The notes below the pieces were generated by a model, which was given only the letters and a program-made list of their open reading frames with translations, made no database searches and was not told where the DNA came from. DNA of 64,000 nucleotides, from NCBI RefSeq assembly GCF_009914755.1, contig NC_060946.1. One strand, given 5' to 3'. The position numbers and the translations under genes were made by a program. Shown here piece by piece: positions 13,104 to 24,829 of the stretch. Numbering within the stretch: the stretch's first letter is position 1; each line of letters opens with the position of its first letter. The stretch comes from the human T2T-CHM13v2.0 reference genome, Homo sapiens.

Positions 13104-13617
13104 TCAGAGTAGAAATGAATTTCTCTAAAAAGGCACAAAGAAAAACTCCTACCCATAAAAGGAAAATATTGATAAATTCAACTACATTAAAAGTGAAAGC
13201 TTATGTTCACCCAAAAACTATCCACAACATGTAAAAGAAAAACAAAAAAACAAAAGAAGCTCTTTAAAGACCAAAAGCAACAGAGAAGAGACAAAAGTCC
13301 TGAACTGAAACTTGGTAGACAGGAAATATCCGCGGGCGGAAAACGCGCTTCCTGTTCCAAGTCACAGGGAAATGCAAATCCAAACACTGAGCGGCCACAG
13401 CACACCCTCCCCCTCAACACCCCCACCCTCCCCCCACACCCCTCCACCCCGGCTCCCCAGGGTCCCGTGCTGGTTCGGCTTAGGCTTTGAGGACCTACAC
13501 CATCCCTCTGAGAGCAGCCCAGCCTTACCCGGAATGGGCCCAGCCAGCCTGGGGTCCTGCAGGACAAGGCAGGTCAGGGACGGTGGAGGCACCGAGAGAA
13601 AGCGCAGCATGAGGGGA

Positions 13618-14277
13618 TCCTGACCACCCTGGGGCCCCCAGCCCAGCACGCGCAGGTGGGGGGAGGTCCTGACCATCCTGGGGCCCCCAGCTCAGCACAT
13701 GCAGGTGGGAGGAGGTCCTGACCACCCTGGGGCCCCCAGCTCAGCACGCGCAGGTGGGGGGAGGTCCTGACCATCCTGGGGCCCCCAGCTCAGCACATGC
13801 AGGTGGGGGGAGGTCCTGACCACCCTGGGGCCCCCAGCCCAGCACGCGCAGGTGGGGGGAGGTCCTGACCATCCTGGGGCCCCCAGCTCAGCACATGCAG
13901 GTGGGGGGAGGTCCTGACCATCCTGGGGCCCCCAGCTCAGCACATGCAGGTGGGGGGAGGTCCTGACCACCCTGGGGCCCCCAGCTCAGCACGCGCAGGT
14001 GGGGGGAGGTCCTGACCATCCTGGGGCCCCCAGCTCAGCAGGCGCAGGTGGGAGGAGGTCCTGACCACCCTGGGGCCCCCAGCTCAGCACGCGCAGGTGG
14101 GGGGAGGTCCTGACCATCCTGGGGCCCCCAGCTCAGCACATGCAGGTGGGAGGAGGTCCTGACCACCCTGGGGCCTCCCAGCTCAGCGCTCAAGTTGGGG
14201 CGAGGGGGGGGCGGGGGGGCGGGCAGGGGCAGGGTCCTGACCACCCAGGGCCCCCGGCTCAGCACACGCAGGTGGAA
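13618..14277. repeat. GC-rich minisatellite (VNTR), 49 bp x 11 plus 2 degenerate units
   Basis: TCCTGACCAYCCTGGGGCCCCCAGCYCAGCACRYGCAGGTGGGRGGAGG at a 49-bp period from 13618 to 14157; a further unit starts at ~14236. Confidence 0.97.
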
Positions 14278-15100
14278 GAAGGGGAGCTAAGTACCTGGCA
14301 GCTTGTCCCACATCCTCCCTCTCCAAAGACAAAGCATCATTTTCCTGCCCCCTGAAGTCGGCCATGCAGCCCCCCAGCACCTGCAGAAGCGTGATCCCAC
14401 ACTGGGGTCCAGGCCTTGCCACCATGGTGGAGGTCCTGCTGGGGTCCCGGCCCTGTCACCGGAGGCCACAGCTGAGTCGCTGCCGTGGTGGCTCTGCTGC
14501 CAGGGTTCCAGCCCTGTCACTGGAGGCCAAGGCTGAGTTGGGAGATGAGGCCACAGCAGCAGCAAGGGCAGGGGACTCCACTCCACAGGCCAGGCGGGAG
14601 ATGCGGGGCCCGATGGGAGAAGGCCCTCCAAGGGTGGCACAGCACACCCCGTGTGGGAGGGAGGAGACGCCCCAACCACAGAACAGACAAAGCCACGTGG
14701 AAGGCGACTCAGCAAAGAAAACGCGTGATCCGAGTCCCTTACAAAGACGGCTCCACGACACAACGTCCAGAAACAGGTGAAAACTGGCCGGTGTTCCAGG
14801 ATGCCCGCAGTCTGGAAAACTTCCGAGGAACATTTTATAGTCAATTTTGTGATTTCAAGAAAATGTGTTAAACAGTTATGAGGGCTCTGTCAGGCATCCA
14901 GCACCATTTTAAACGTGTAAAACACGAACACACCCCACTATCACAGTGACACTCTGTAAAAGGAACCAACGCTTCCTGGATGCAAAGTCCAGTTGACAGT
15001 GACCCACGGACCCCAAAAGCTGCCCAGCTCCGACGCAGCTGCTCTTCCTGGCTCCCGGCCTGGCCCTGAGAGCCCTTAGATGGTCACTGCTCTATCCCTG

Positions 15101-16761
15101 TGTCCGGAATTGGTGGGTTCTATGGTCTCACTGACTTCAAGAATGAAGCCACAGACCCTCGCAGTGAGTGTTACAGTTCTTACAGGCAGTGCGTCTGGAG
15201 TTTGTTCCTTCTGATGTTTGGATGTGTTCCGAGTTTCCTCCTTCTGGTGGGTTCATGGTCTTGCTGGCTCAGAAGTGAAGCTACAGACCTTAGCAGTAAG
15301 TATTACAGCTCATAAAGGCAGTACTGACCCAAAGACCAGAGTGAGCAGCAGCAAGATTTAGCGCAAAGAGCAAAAGAACAAAGCTTCCACACTGCTGGGA
15401 AAGGAACCCAGCAAGTTACCACTGCTGGCCCTGGGCAGCCTGCTTTTATTCCCTTATCTGTCCCCACCCACATCCTGCTGATTGGTCCATTTTACAGAGA
15501 GCTGATTGGTCTGTTTTGACAGGGTGCTGATTGGTACGTTTACAACCCCTGAGCTGGACAGAAAAGTTCTCCAAGTCCCCACTAGATTAGCTATACACAG
15601 AACACTGATTGGGGCATTCACAAACCTTGAGCTAGACACAGGGTGCTGATTGGTGCATTTACAAACCTTGAGCTAGACATGGAGTGCTGATTGGTGCATT
15701 TACAAACCTTGAGCTAGACACAGGGTGCTGATTGGTGCATTTACAAACCTTGAGCTAGACACAGAGTGCTGATTGGTGTATTTACAATCCCTTAGCTAGA
15801 CATAAAGGTTCTCCAAGTCCCCAACAGATTAGCTAGATACAGAGTGCTGATTTACAAACCTTGAGCTAGGGACAGGGTGCTGATTGGTGTATTTACAAAC
15901 CTTGAGCTAGACACAGGGTGCAGATTGGTGTATTTACAATCCCTTAGCTAGACATAAAGGTTCTCCAAGTCCCCAATAGATTAGCTAGATACAGAGTGCT
16001 GATTTACAAACCTTGAGCTAGGGACAGGGTGCTGATTGGTGCATTTACAAACCTTGAGCTACACACAGAGTGCTGATTGGTGTATTTACAATCCCTTAGC
16101 TAGACATAAACGTTCTCCAAGTCCCCACTAGACTCAGGAGCCTAGCTGGCTTCAGCCAGTGGATCCTGCACCGAGGCTGCAGGTGGAGCTGCCTGCCAGT
16201 CCCGTGCGCCCGCACTCCTCAGCCCTTGGGCGGTGGATGGGACTGGGCGCCGCGGAGCAGGGGGCGGCGCTCGTCGGGGAGGCTCGGGCCGCGCAGGAGC
16301 CCAGGGTGGCGCAGGGAGGCTCGGACATGGCGGGCTGCAGGTACCGAGCCCTGCCCCGCGGGGAGGCAGCTGAGGCCCGGCGGGAATTCGAGCGCAGCGC
16401 CGGGGGGCCGGCACTGCTGGGGGACCCGGCGCACCCTCCACAGCTGCCGGCCCGGGTGCTAAGGCCCTCACTGCCCGGCCCGCGGCGCCAGCCGGCCGCT
16501 CCCAGCGCGAGGCCCACGGAGCCCACGCCCACCCGGAACTCGCGCCGGCCCTCGAGCGCCGCGCAGCCCCGGTTCGCGCCCGCGCCCCTCCCTCCACACC
16601 TCCCCGCAAGCAGAGGGAGCCGGCTCCGGCCTCGGCCAGCCAGAGAGGGGCCCCCACAGCGCGGTGGCGGGATGCAGGGCTCCTCGGGCGTGGCCAGAGC
16701 GGACGCCCAGGCCGAGGAGGCGCTGAGAGTGAGTGACGGCTGCGTGGGCTGCCACCTGTCA
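15101..16761 (-). mobile_element. Full-length solo LTR12C (ERV9 LTR)
   Basis: Reverse-strand ends TGACAGGTG... and ...CCACCAATTCCGGACA, GC-rich U3, tandem CCAAT enhancer repeats (GTGCTGATTGGTGCATTTACAAACCTTGAGCTAGAC), U5 repeats, possible 4-bp TSD CCTG/CCCG. Confidence 0.97.
15415..16130 (-). promoter_or_regulatory. LTR12 promoter/enhancer: CCAAT (NF-Y) array, GATA site and TATA-like AATAAAA
   Basis: About 12 GATTGG (reverse CCAATC) motifs. Reverse-strand CAGATAAGGGAATAAAAGCAGG at ~15439-15460. Matches the known ERV9 LTR promoter architecture; activity is not shown by the sequence. Confidence 0.65.
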
Positions 16762-16790
16762 CCCGGCCCGGGAGAGCGCTTCCCTCCCAG
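16200..16790. promoter_or_regulatory. CpG island in LTR12C U3
   Basis: Very high GC content and CpG density, e.g. CGGGAATTCGAGCGCAGCGCCGGGGGGCCGG. Confidence 0.8.
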
Positions 16791-18348
16791 CGGGCAGCCT
16801 GCCCCAGCCAGCCCTCGGCTCTCAACCCGGGGGTCAGCGTTTCCTGCAGGAGCCTCTGCTAGCTCCAGCTGGAGCACTGGCTGGTTGAGGGGAGGGGATT
16901 GAACACTTGGAACCCAGACCCCGGCTGGGGATGGGGAGGGAGGCTGGAGACCACCATCTGCTCCCACAGGGCTGAGTCTTGGTGCCGGCCAAGCCCTGAC
17001 CCCCTCCAGCCCCACCCACGCCCCTCGTCACCCCCGGCCCCTGCCGTCCCTGCGTCCTCTGCACCCCCAGCCCCTCACGTCACCTCCTGCCCTCCCCACG
17101 CAAATCCTGCGCTCCTGTCACACGGAGGGGAACAAAACAGGGTAGCAGCAGGGACGTGGGGGTGTGGCCGGGACCCCAGATGAAAAGGAAGGCAGGTGGC
17201 ACCCTTCGACCAGCGTCCAGGCAGCGTTTCGGATTCCCCCAAAAGGAGGGCGGGGCTGAGAAGCAGGACAGGAACCACAGGATTCTCCGCCCCGCGCCAC
17301 AGGTCAGCGGAGAGAGAGAGGCCTGCGGATTGTGACGCTTCTTCTCGAATCCCTGTCTTGTTCTCACTGTATAGTCACACACACAGCCCGTCACATGTAT
17401 CACGTCGTGAAACAAATATCCGTGGTGTGGATGCACCCCCACTAACTTAGCCCTTTAGCAGCAAGAAAATCCCATTTATCCTTAAATCCTCAGCACCCAG
17501 CCCAGGGTCTACCATAAAAGTTAAAGAGTCGAGGCTGTAATAAGGGGTGGGGGCAGATGTTTCACCAGATCAGATGCCCCCCCAAGCTCCTTCCAAACCG
17601 CGAGCGTTGCTCTCTCTCCAGTTCTAAAGCGGACGGGGGGAGTTTGTCTTTCCCGAGTGTGTTCGAAATCCCTCTCCTTCCTTCAGTCACTGCGGGTCAT
17701 TCAAAAACTACTCAGATGCTGAAACGTAGCTTTCCACCTTGGCTTGGGAACAGTGGTTCGAAAGTACTTCTTGAAACCTATGGAAATGCAGTATCTCTCC
17801 AAAATGTTCTGTTTGGGAGGTAATGATGGGATCGCAGGTGTTCGGAACAGAACGTCGTTAAGCGTCCTCAGCCCCGCTGGAGCCAGGGCGGAGGGGGCGG
17901 CTCCGACCTGTCCCTTCTCATCACATCAGTTACTTTCCATTAGCGGGAGGGGAAATCAGCAGATGCTGGTGAGGGGGGTCCCGGCGGGAAGCAGACCCCT
18001 TCTGTGCATAAACACTCAGATCTTGGACTGTGAACAAGGTCTTTTGGCAACACTTCTGGTTAATACGTTTCATGAATTTATGAAATCCTAGCACTCAACG
18101 TTTCTCCACGTGGATTATTGCCAGGCTGTGAGGGGAGAGGGCTCTGACCAGCATCTGCCGATCTGAACTTCCAACAGAGATAAATGGGGAGACACTGTTT
18201 CCTCAACCAGGAATCGTTCGGCTTCTGTGGGGGCTGCAATTATCCTTCAAAAACCGAGCGCCTCAAGGCCCTTAAGGAAAAATTGCCCCAGCGGGGGTGG
18301 GGGCGGGGGGCGGCTTCTGAAGCAGGAAATGCTCTGCTGGGGGGAGGC

Positions 18349-19059
18349 GCGGGGAACACTGAGGATTCAACCCCCATCAGACATAAGAGCAGGTTCTGGT
18401 CCTCACTTCAGCCTCCAGCATCTTCTCGCGGGGAACACTGAGGATTCAACCCCCATCAGACATAAGGGCAGGTTCTGGTCCTCACTTCACCCTCCAGCAT
18501 CTTCTCGCGGGGAACACTGAGGATTCAACCCCCGTCAGACATAAGGGCAGGTTCTGGTCCTCACTTCACCCTCCAGCATCTTCTCGCGGGGAACTCTGAG
18601 GATTCAACCCCCATCAGACATAAGGGCAGGTTCTGGTCCCCACTTCACCCTCCAGCATCTTCTCGCGGGGAACACTGAGGATTCAACCCCCGTCAGACAT
18701 AAGGGCAGGTTCTGGTCCTCACTTCACCCTCCAGCATCTTCTCGCGGGGAACTCTGAGGATTCAACCCCCATCAGACATAAGGGCAGGTTCTGGTCCCCA
18801 CTTCACCCTCCAGCATCTTCTCGCGGGGAACACTGAGGATTCAACCCCCATCAGACATAAGGGCAGGTTCTGGTCCTCACTTCACCCTCCAGCATCTTCT
18901 CGCGGGGAACACTGAGGATTCAACCCCCGTCAGACATAAGGGCAGGTTCTGGTCCTCACTTCACCCTCCAGCATCTTCTCGCGGGGAACTCTGAGGATTC
19001 AACCCCCGTCAGACATAAGCGCAGGTTCTGTTCCTCACTTCACCCTCCAGCATCTTCTC
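18349..19059. repeat. Minisatellite (VNTR), 79 bp x 9
   Basis: GCGGGGAACWCTGAGGATTCAACCCCCRTCAGACATAAGGGCAGGTTCTGGTCCYCACTTCACCCTCCAGCATCTTCTC at 18349+79n. Confidence 0.97.
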
Positions 19060-19434
19060 CACAGAGAAGGGAAGGAGAAAGAGGAGGAATCATTCATTCT
19101 GAAATAAATTATCTGTGGAAAACAGAATTCGACTGATAAAGAGTCCACTTCTCAGCAGCAATCCTAAACGAGCACCTGGCACACAGCCGGGGCCCAGGGG
19201 GCCTGTCCAGCGAGTGAACGAGTGACCCAGGGATGTCTCATCAGAGGCCAGTGCACCAGCACAGCCGGCAGTCACACGGGGATGGCCACGCACAAACGCA
19301 CGGGGCTCCAGTTAATTCTCCAAGAAGAAAAACATTTTGTTCTGAAAAACGCGACTGTGATCTTGAAAGTGGTATTTCGTGGATGTGTCCCAAGGGCCCA
19401 GCACAGTGTCTGGCACGTTTAGAGCCTCTGAAAA

Positions 19435-19692
19435 GAGAGGAGAAAGAAGTGAAGGGAGGAAGGAGACAGAGGGCAGGGGAGGGGGAAGGGAGGGTGGGGA
19501 AGGGGAAGGGAGGGAGAGGGGAAGGGAGGGAGAGGGGGAAGGAGGGGAAGGGGGAAGAGGGAAGGTGGGGAGGGGGAAGGGGAAGGGGGAGGGAGGACAG
19601 AGGGGGGGGAAGGGAGGAGGAGGGCGGGGGAGGGAGAGGGGGAAGGGGGAGGGAGGGGGATGGAGGGGGAGGGGGAGTGAGGGGGAGGGGGA
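19435..19692. repeat. Polypurine G/GA-rich low-complexity tract
   Basis: ~250 bp almost entirely of G and A, with many G3-G7 runs. Confidence 0.95.
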
Positions 19693-20279
19693 GTCCCTAG
19701 AACCCGCCCCCGCCCCCATGGAGGAAAGGAGCCGGCATTCCTGCAGCATTTGGCTCCTCCAAGGCCCCTTCACTTCCCTTCCGAGAGGTCACTGTGGCTC
19801 TGGACTCTCCCAGCACAAGGAGTGGACATGGACAACAGTGAAAGTCCTACTTGAGTTGGCCAGTGTCTCAGCCTTCAAAACCTCCCCTCGGCCAGTGAAG
19901 TGACCCCTAACCTCCCTCAGTTCCTCGCCCTGTACCCCATCATCAGCTGCACCCCTGAGAGCCATGGAGGGGGACAGGAGGGCGGGGCCGAGTGGGGGGC
20001 ACCCTGGGCTTCACGGAGCTTGGCCTCTGCAGGACCCAGCCTCATGTCGCTTCAGGGCTCCATCGGCTTGGGAGAAGTGCAGCTGCAAGGAGAAGCCAGG
20101 AATGTTACTTCACTTCGCTTGGAATTCTAACCTCTTTCCTCACCGCAGCCTGAATGTTCCAGTCAGTGCATTAACACACAGAGAGGAGGTTGTCAATCCC
20201 CTCGCAAATGTGGCCACTTAACAAAGATGCAGCTTATTGTCAGCGCGTCTTTCATGAGCTTGTAAAAGAGACACAAAGA

Positions 20280-20621
<342 letters not shown>

Positions 20622-20949
20622 TCATCAGATGCTGTGACGGTGCCAGCGTGCAGACACAAATGCCCTCCTCTGTAGCAGGGGTTCCTGGTATCCTGGTAAA
20701 CTCCCCAGGCAGCTCAGATGCCCAGACTCCATGCCAAGCCAGCTGACGCTAACTGTAACTCTCGCCGGTTCTTTGAGAGCACAGATGACCTCCACATTCG
20801 CAATGTAGCTACATACTCATCAGTTAGAGGAGACAGAGAAAGCCCAGTGGATAAAGACAATTACTCAAGTGGGAAATTACTGTGTTTTCGTAACAATGTG
20901 TCACAGCACAGTCCCTGGGAGGGTGGAGGACTCAGAAAGAGGAGAGGAA

Positions 20950-21272
20950 GCCAGGCTTGGGGCTCACACCTGTGATCCCAGCACTTTACAAGGGGCTGAG
21001 GCGGGAAGATCACTTGAGCCTAGGAGTTCAAGATCAGCCTGGGAAACATAGGGAGACCCTGTCTCAACAACAACAACAACAAAAATTAATTTAACTTGTA
21101 AAAATTGGCCAGGCAGGATGATACACACCTGTAGTCCTGGCTACTTGGGAGGCTGAGGTAGGAGGATCACTTAAGCCTGGCTTAAGGCTGCAATCAAGGC
21201 TGCAGCGAGCCATGACTGCACCACTGCACTCCAGCCTTGGCTACAGACTAAGACCCTGTCAAAAAAAAAAAG
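20950..21272 (+). mobile_element. AluJ
   Basis: GATCACTTGAGCCTAGGAGTTCAAG and GGCTGCAGCGAGCCATGA are J diagnostics. Confidence 0.88.
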
Positions 21273-21333
21273 AAAGAAGGAAGGAAAGGAAGGAAGGAAA
21301 GAAAGGAGGGAGGGAGGGAGGGAGGGAAAGAAA

Positions 21334-21401
<68 letters not shown>

Positions 21402-21470
21402 AAAGAAAGAAAAGAAAGAGAAAGAAAGGAGGAAAGGAAAGAAAGGAAGAAAGAAAAAGAAAGAGAAACA
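21260..21470. repeat. (GAAA)n/(GGAA)n microsatellite grown from the Alu tail
   Basis: Visible directly. Confidence 0.95.
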
Positions 21471-22084
21471 GGAGATGAAAATTCTTGCCAGGGAGTGTGG
21501 CTAAAACCTACCCAGTCTAACAGTAAATCATGATGCCCAAGGGGAGGGTGCACCGTGGGGAGCAAGCTGGAGAAATGAATTCCAACTGAATGGCATATCC
21601 AGAGGTCCAGCCTCTAAAAACAGAATCATTCAGGAGGGGCAGATTGCATGTGAACTAACAACTTAAAATGGGTTTTCCTTTAAGAGAGTTATTTCCTTTC
21701 TCCACTTAGGAATATTTCATTGGTTCCAGTTGTATCGCCATCTTTCTGGCCCTGAGTTGGTGCAACCCTTGGGTTGTATCCATCCATCCAACCCAACCTA
21801 ACCCTGGCCTGTAAGCCAACTGCCTACAACTCGCTTGCAGTGGTCCAGGCATGGCCAAAGGTGAAGGAGGATAGGATAAATTACATTAAGTCAAGACAAA
21901 CAGGGTTTCTTTCTTTCAGGTAATTTTCCTCGTTTATTAAAATACATACAGAGCATGAGTTTAGGGCACATTTTTGAAGTATCTCTGATCTCAGAAAAGG
22001 TAGGAGAAGACTCAAAAGTAACCAAATTTTTTCAAGGATTACAGCTTATCTATTGCTCATTAAATGGATTAGAGAAGCACAGTG

Positions 22085-22655
22085 AAGGATGATTCATATT
22101 GTCTTAAACATCCAAAGCACAGTGTCTCTTTATCAACGTGAGGGACGGCAAAGTGAAGCAAGGTATCTTCTACTTTGTAGAGACACACTGACCTGCTTCG
22201 GATCACTGGATCCCTGGACATTTCAACAAGGTCGCGAGGTCCTGAGTTAGTGTGGGTTGATCTCTCCTCTCTGAGATATTTGCTACTTCCAGCTCACCAG
22301 ACTCGAGCAGCATGATACCACCAATGTGGCTGACCAGCATGATGTTCTGTGGGATGGTGAACCGAGATGACCCAGTCCTAATTCTGACAGACGTCAGGAA
22401 CACTGACTCGGCCCTAAGATGAGGCTGTGAAGGTATACTTCTGCCCCTGTTGTGTGAAAGCTGCTTCTTGGGCTAATTGGCCGATAAAAGCATTTGCCAG
22501 CTCAAAGCTGCTTACAGGTGTCAAGATGAAGGTTAAATTTTCTCAGTAACAAAACTGCATATTGAATACTGGTGACAAGAGCCATTATCCAAGTTTACTG
22601 TGACCCACTGTCATTTCCTAACACCCATAGGTTGTTTCACAGCCAGACATTGTTT
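22085..22655 (-). mobile_element. Fossil ERVL-class internal sequence: degenerate pol reverse transcriptase
   Basis: Reverse translations MTVGHSKL, LANAF, QGQKYTFT, FTIPQNIMLVSHIGGIML, EINP, KCPGIQ and KVEDTLLHFA align in order with HERV-L RT MTVDYRKL, DLANAF, QGQQYTFT, FSLPQDITLVHYIDDIML, EINP, KFLGVQW and KVKDKLLHLA. Frameshifts and stops are present. Confidence 0.85.
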
Positions 22656-24466
22656 TCTGATATTTCACAAATCAAAGCTGCTATCCTACATATTGTTAAT
22701 AAATATTTTAAAGCTTCCCATTAAGCTATGATGCATTCAAGATTGTAAGATACATCAGAAATTAATTAATTATGTCAAAAAATGTAGGAAGACTTCCTAC
22801 TCACCCACCAAGCTCTCAAAGCTCAGCAGAGAATCAAACTTGGTGCAGCCCTGTCCATACCACCTGCCCCGCCTCTCCCAATGTCTCTGATTCACCTCCC
22901 CCTGGAGTCTTCAAGCTGGCCCCCAGGTACATGCCCAGCCTCCCTCCCCAATGCCAGGCCCTCACCTTCGCAGACCCCACAGTGGCCTCCTGCTGATCTC
23001 AGCACTTCCTGTTCAACCCTCCTCAGGTGGGCAGAGGGGCCACCTTCACAGAGCAGGAAAGGCCAGGTCCACCGAGCTGCCCACGGCCCCCTGATCCCCA
23101 TACTCTACAGCAAGATCCCATGCTGGGATACAGCAGAGTCACCTGCAGGGTTTGCTGGGCCCAATTCCCCTGGCTTCTAATCCAGCAGGTCTTGGGTGGA
23201 GCCCAGGAATGGCCCTGGTGACCTGTCTCCTGGCGAGGCAGCTATTGCTGGCCACTCGGGGTGGACACTGTGGGGCACGTGCCCTCCCCCAAGGAGCCTG
23301 AGCTGCTGGTTCCCTCCCCCTTCCTGCCAGGTGCCCCCAAAGCACCCTGAGAAAAGGGCTTGAGCATAAGTAGCTGACTTGGGAGATGACCCAGGAAACC
23401 GTCGGGGGTGCAGGGAAGTGAACAGGGAAGGGACAGAGCTGGAGAGGGGCCTATGGTCAGGCCATGCTGGGGGTGCACAGAGCCCATGGAGAACATGAGA
23501 GCCAGTGCTACCGCACCGAGGCCTGAGGGAGCTGGGGATGCACTACACAGCAAACACCGCCCCCTGAGCAGGACCCTGGGAGGGGCTGCCTAATTCCCCA
23601 GCAGCCCACCCAGGCAGAGGGGACTCAGCTGTCAGAGGCCTGCAGGGGCATCAGTGGAGACGCAAGTGTTGGCAGCTGGACGTCTGGCCGGGGTGTGGGT
23701 GGCCCGACCGCGTGGGTGACATCCCCCAACCACAGAGCGCTCGTCACGCCTTTTGGGGGCACTCCCTGTGTCTTCAGTGCCCGAGCCTCGGCGTCCTCCT
23801 CTCTGAGCTGGCGCCCTTGCTGTCTCCTTGAAGTGTGCTGACCCGGCTCTTGCTCATCCTCAGAGAGTGGGGTCCAGCTCCCTGGGGCCAGCGCTTCCCA
23901 GACATCAGACACCACAGACCGAGGCCACAGGCTGTGTCTGACATAAATATTTCACGTGTTTATATACAACCTGGCGCTTATGGGTGCTCAGAAGCCTGGA
24001 GACTACCTGGGAAATTGAATTCCTGTATATTTTCATTCCAAAGAAATTATTTATAAGCGATTTATGGAGAACATACTCCTTCATAAATACATATTTACAT
24101 TCCAGACGTTTCCCAGGGCAGAGCCAGTTGTGCGTGCTGTCAGCCTGGACATGTGTGTGCGCACACACACACACACATATACACGTCCTTACCTCTTCAT
24201 TATTAAACTTAATTCTTCCATATGGGAATTTAGGTTTTTAACCTTGAAAATGATGAAAATCAGAACAGCGCTGCTTTCCAGGAGCCTTTTTACCTATCGG
24301 CTCAGGGGTGGGAGCTGGAGCCCCAGGCCGGCTCAGGCACCCCCGGCAGCACAGGCCAGGAGCCACTGGTCTACCTCCCCCACCCTGAGATGCATGGAGC
24401 CGTAGGGGCCTCTCAGGGAAACTGAGGCTTATTTCCTTCGTGGGCCCACACACCTGTGTAGGTGGC

Positions 24467-24642
24467 TGGGCACAGAGGAAGCTCGGGCTTTGCGGAGGAA
24501 CAAACACAGACGATGACGGGGACAGAGGTTGCCGGTTTCTAGAAAGTGGCTGTTGGGCACAGAGGAAGCTTGGGCTCTGCGGAAGAACAAACACAGACGA
24601 TGACGGGGACAGGGGCTGCCGGTTTCTGGAAAGTGGCTGTTG
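24467..24642. repeat. Two-copy 87-bp tandem duplication
   Basis: TGGGCACAGAGGAAGCT...AAACACAGACGATGACGGGGACAG...GAAAGTGGCTGT at 24467 and 24554. Confidence 0.92.
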
Positions 24643-24829
24643 ATGTTGCTGCTCCAGTCTGAATCCACCCCCAGAGAGGTGGGATGGGACCACGGGGGGC
24701 GTGCAGGACACTCCCCAGGAAAGCCACAGGGAGTCAGCAGGAGCCCAGGCACCCCACGGCCCAGCCCCTGAGCTCAGAAGGGAGGTCACAGAGGCATGCA
24801 ATGCAAAGGGTGACAGTGCCACTAAACGT

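Noticed and set aside
16142-17015. Long overlapping ORFs (227-287 aa) on both strands
   Set aside because: They lie in the GC-rich LTR12C U3, where stop codons are rare by composition. The peptides are low-complexity with no domain.
18349-19059. CRISPR-like regular array
   Set aside because: Units are head-to-tail with no unique spacers, there are no cas genes, and the DNA is primate. It is a VNTR.
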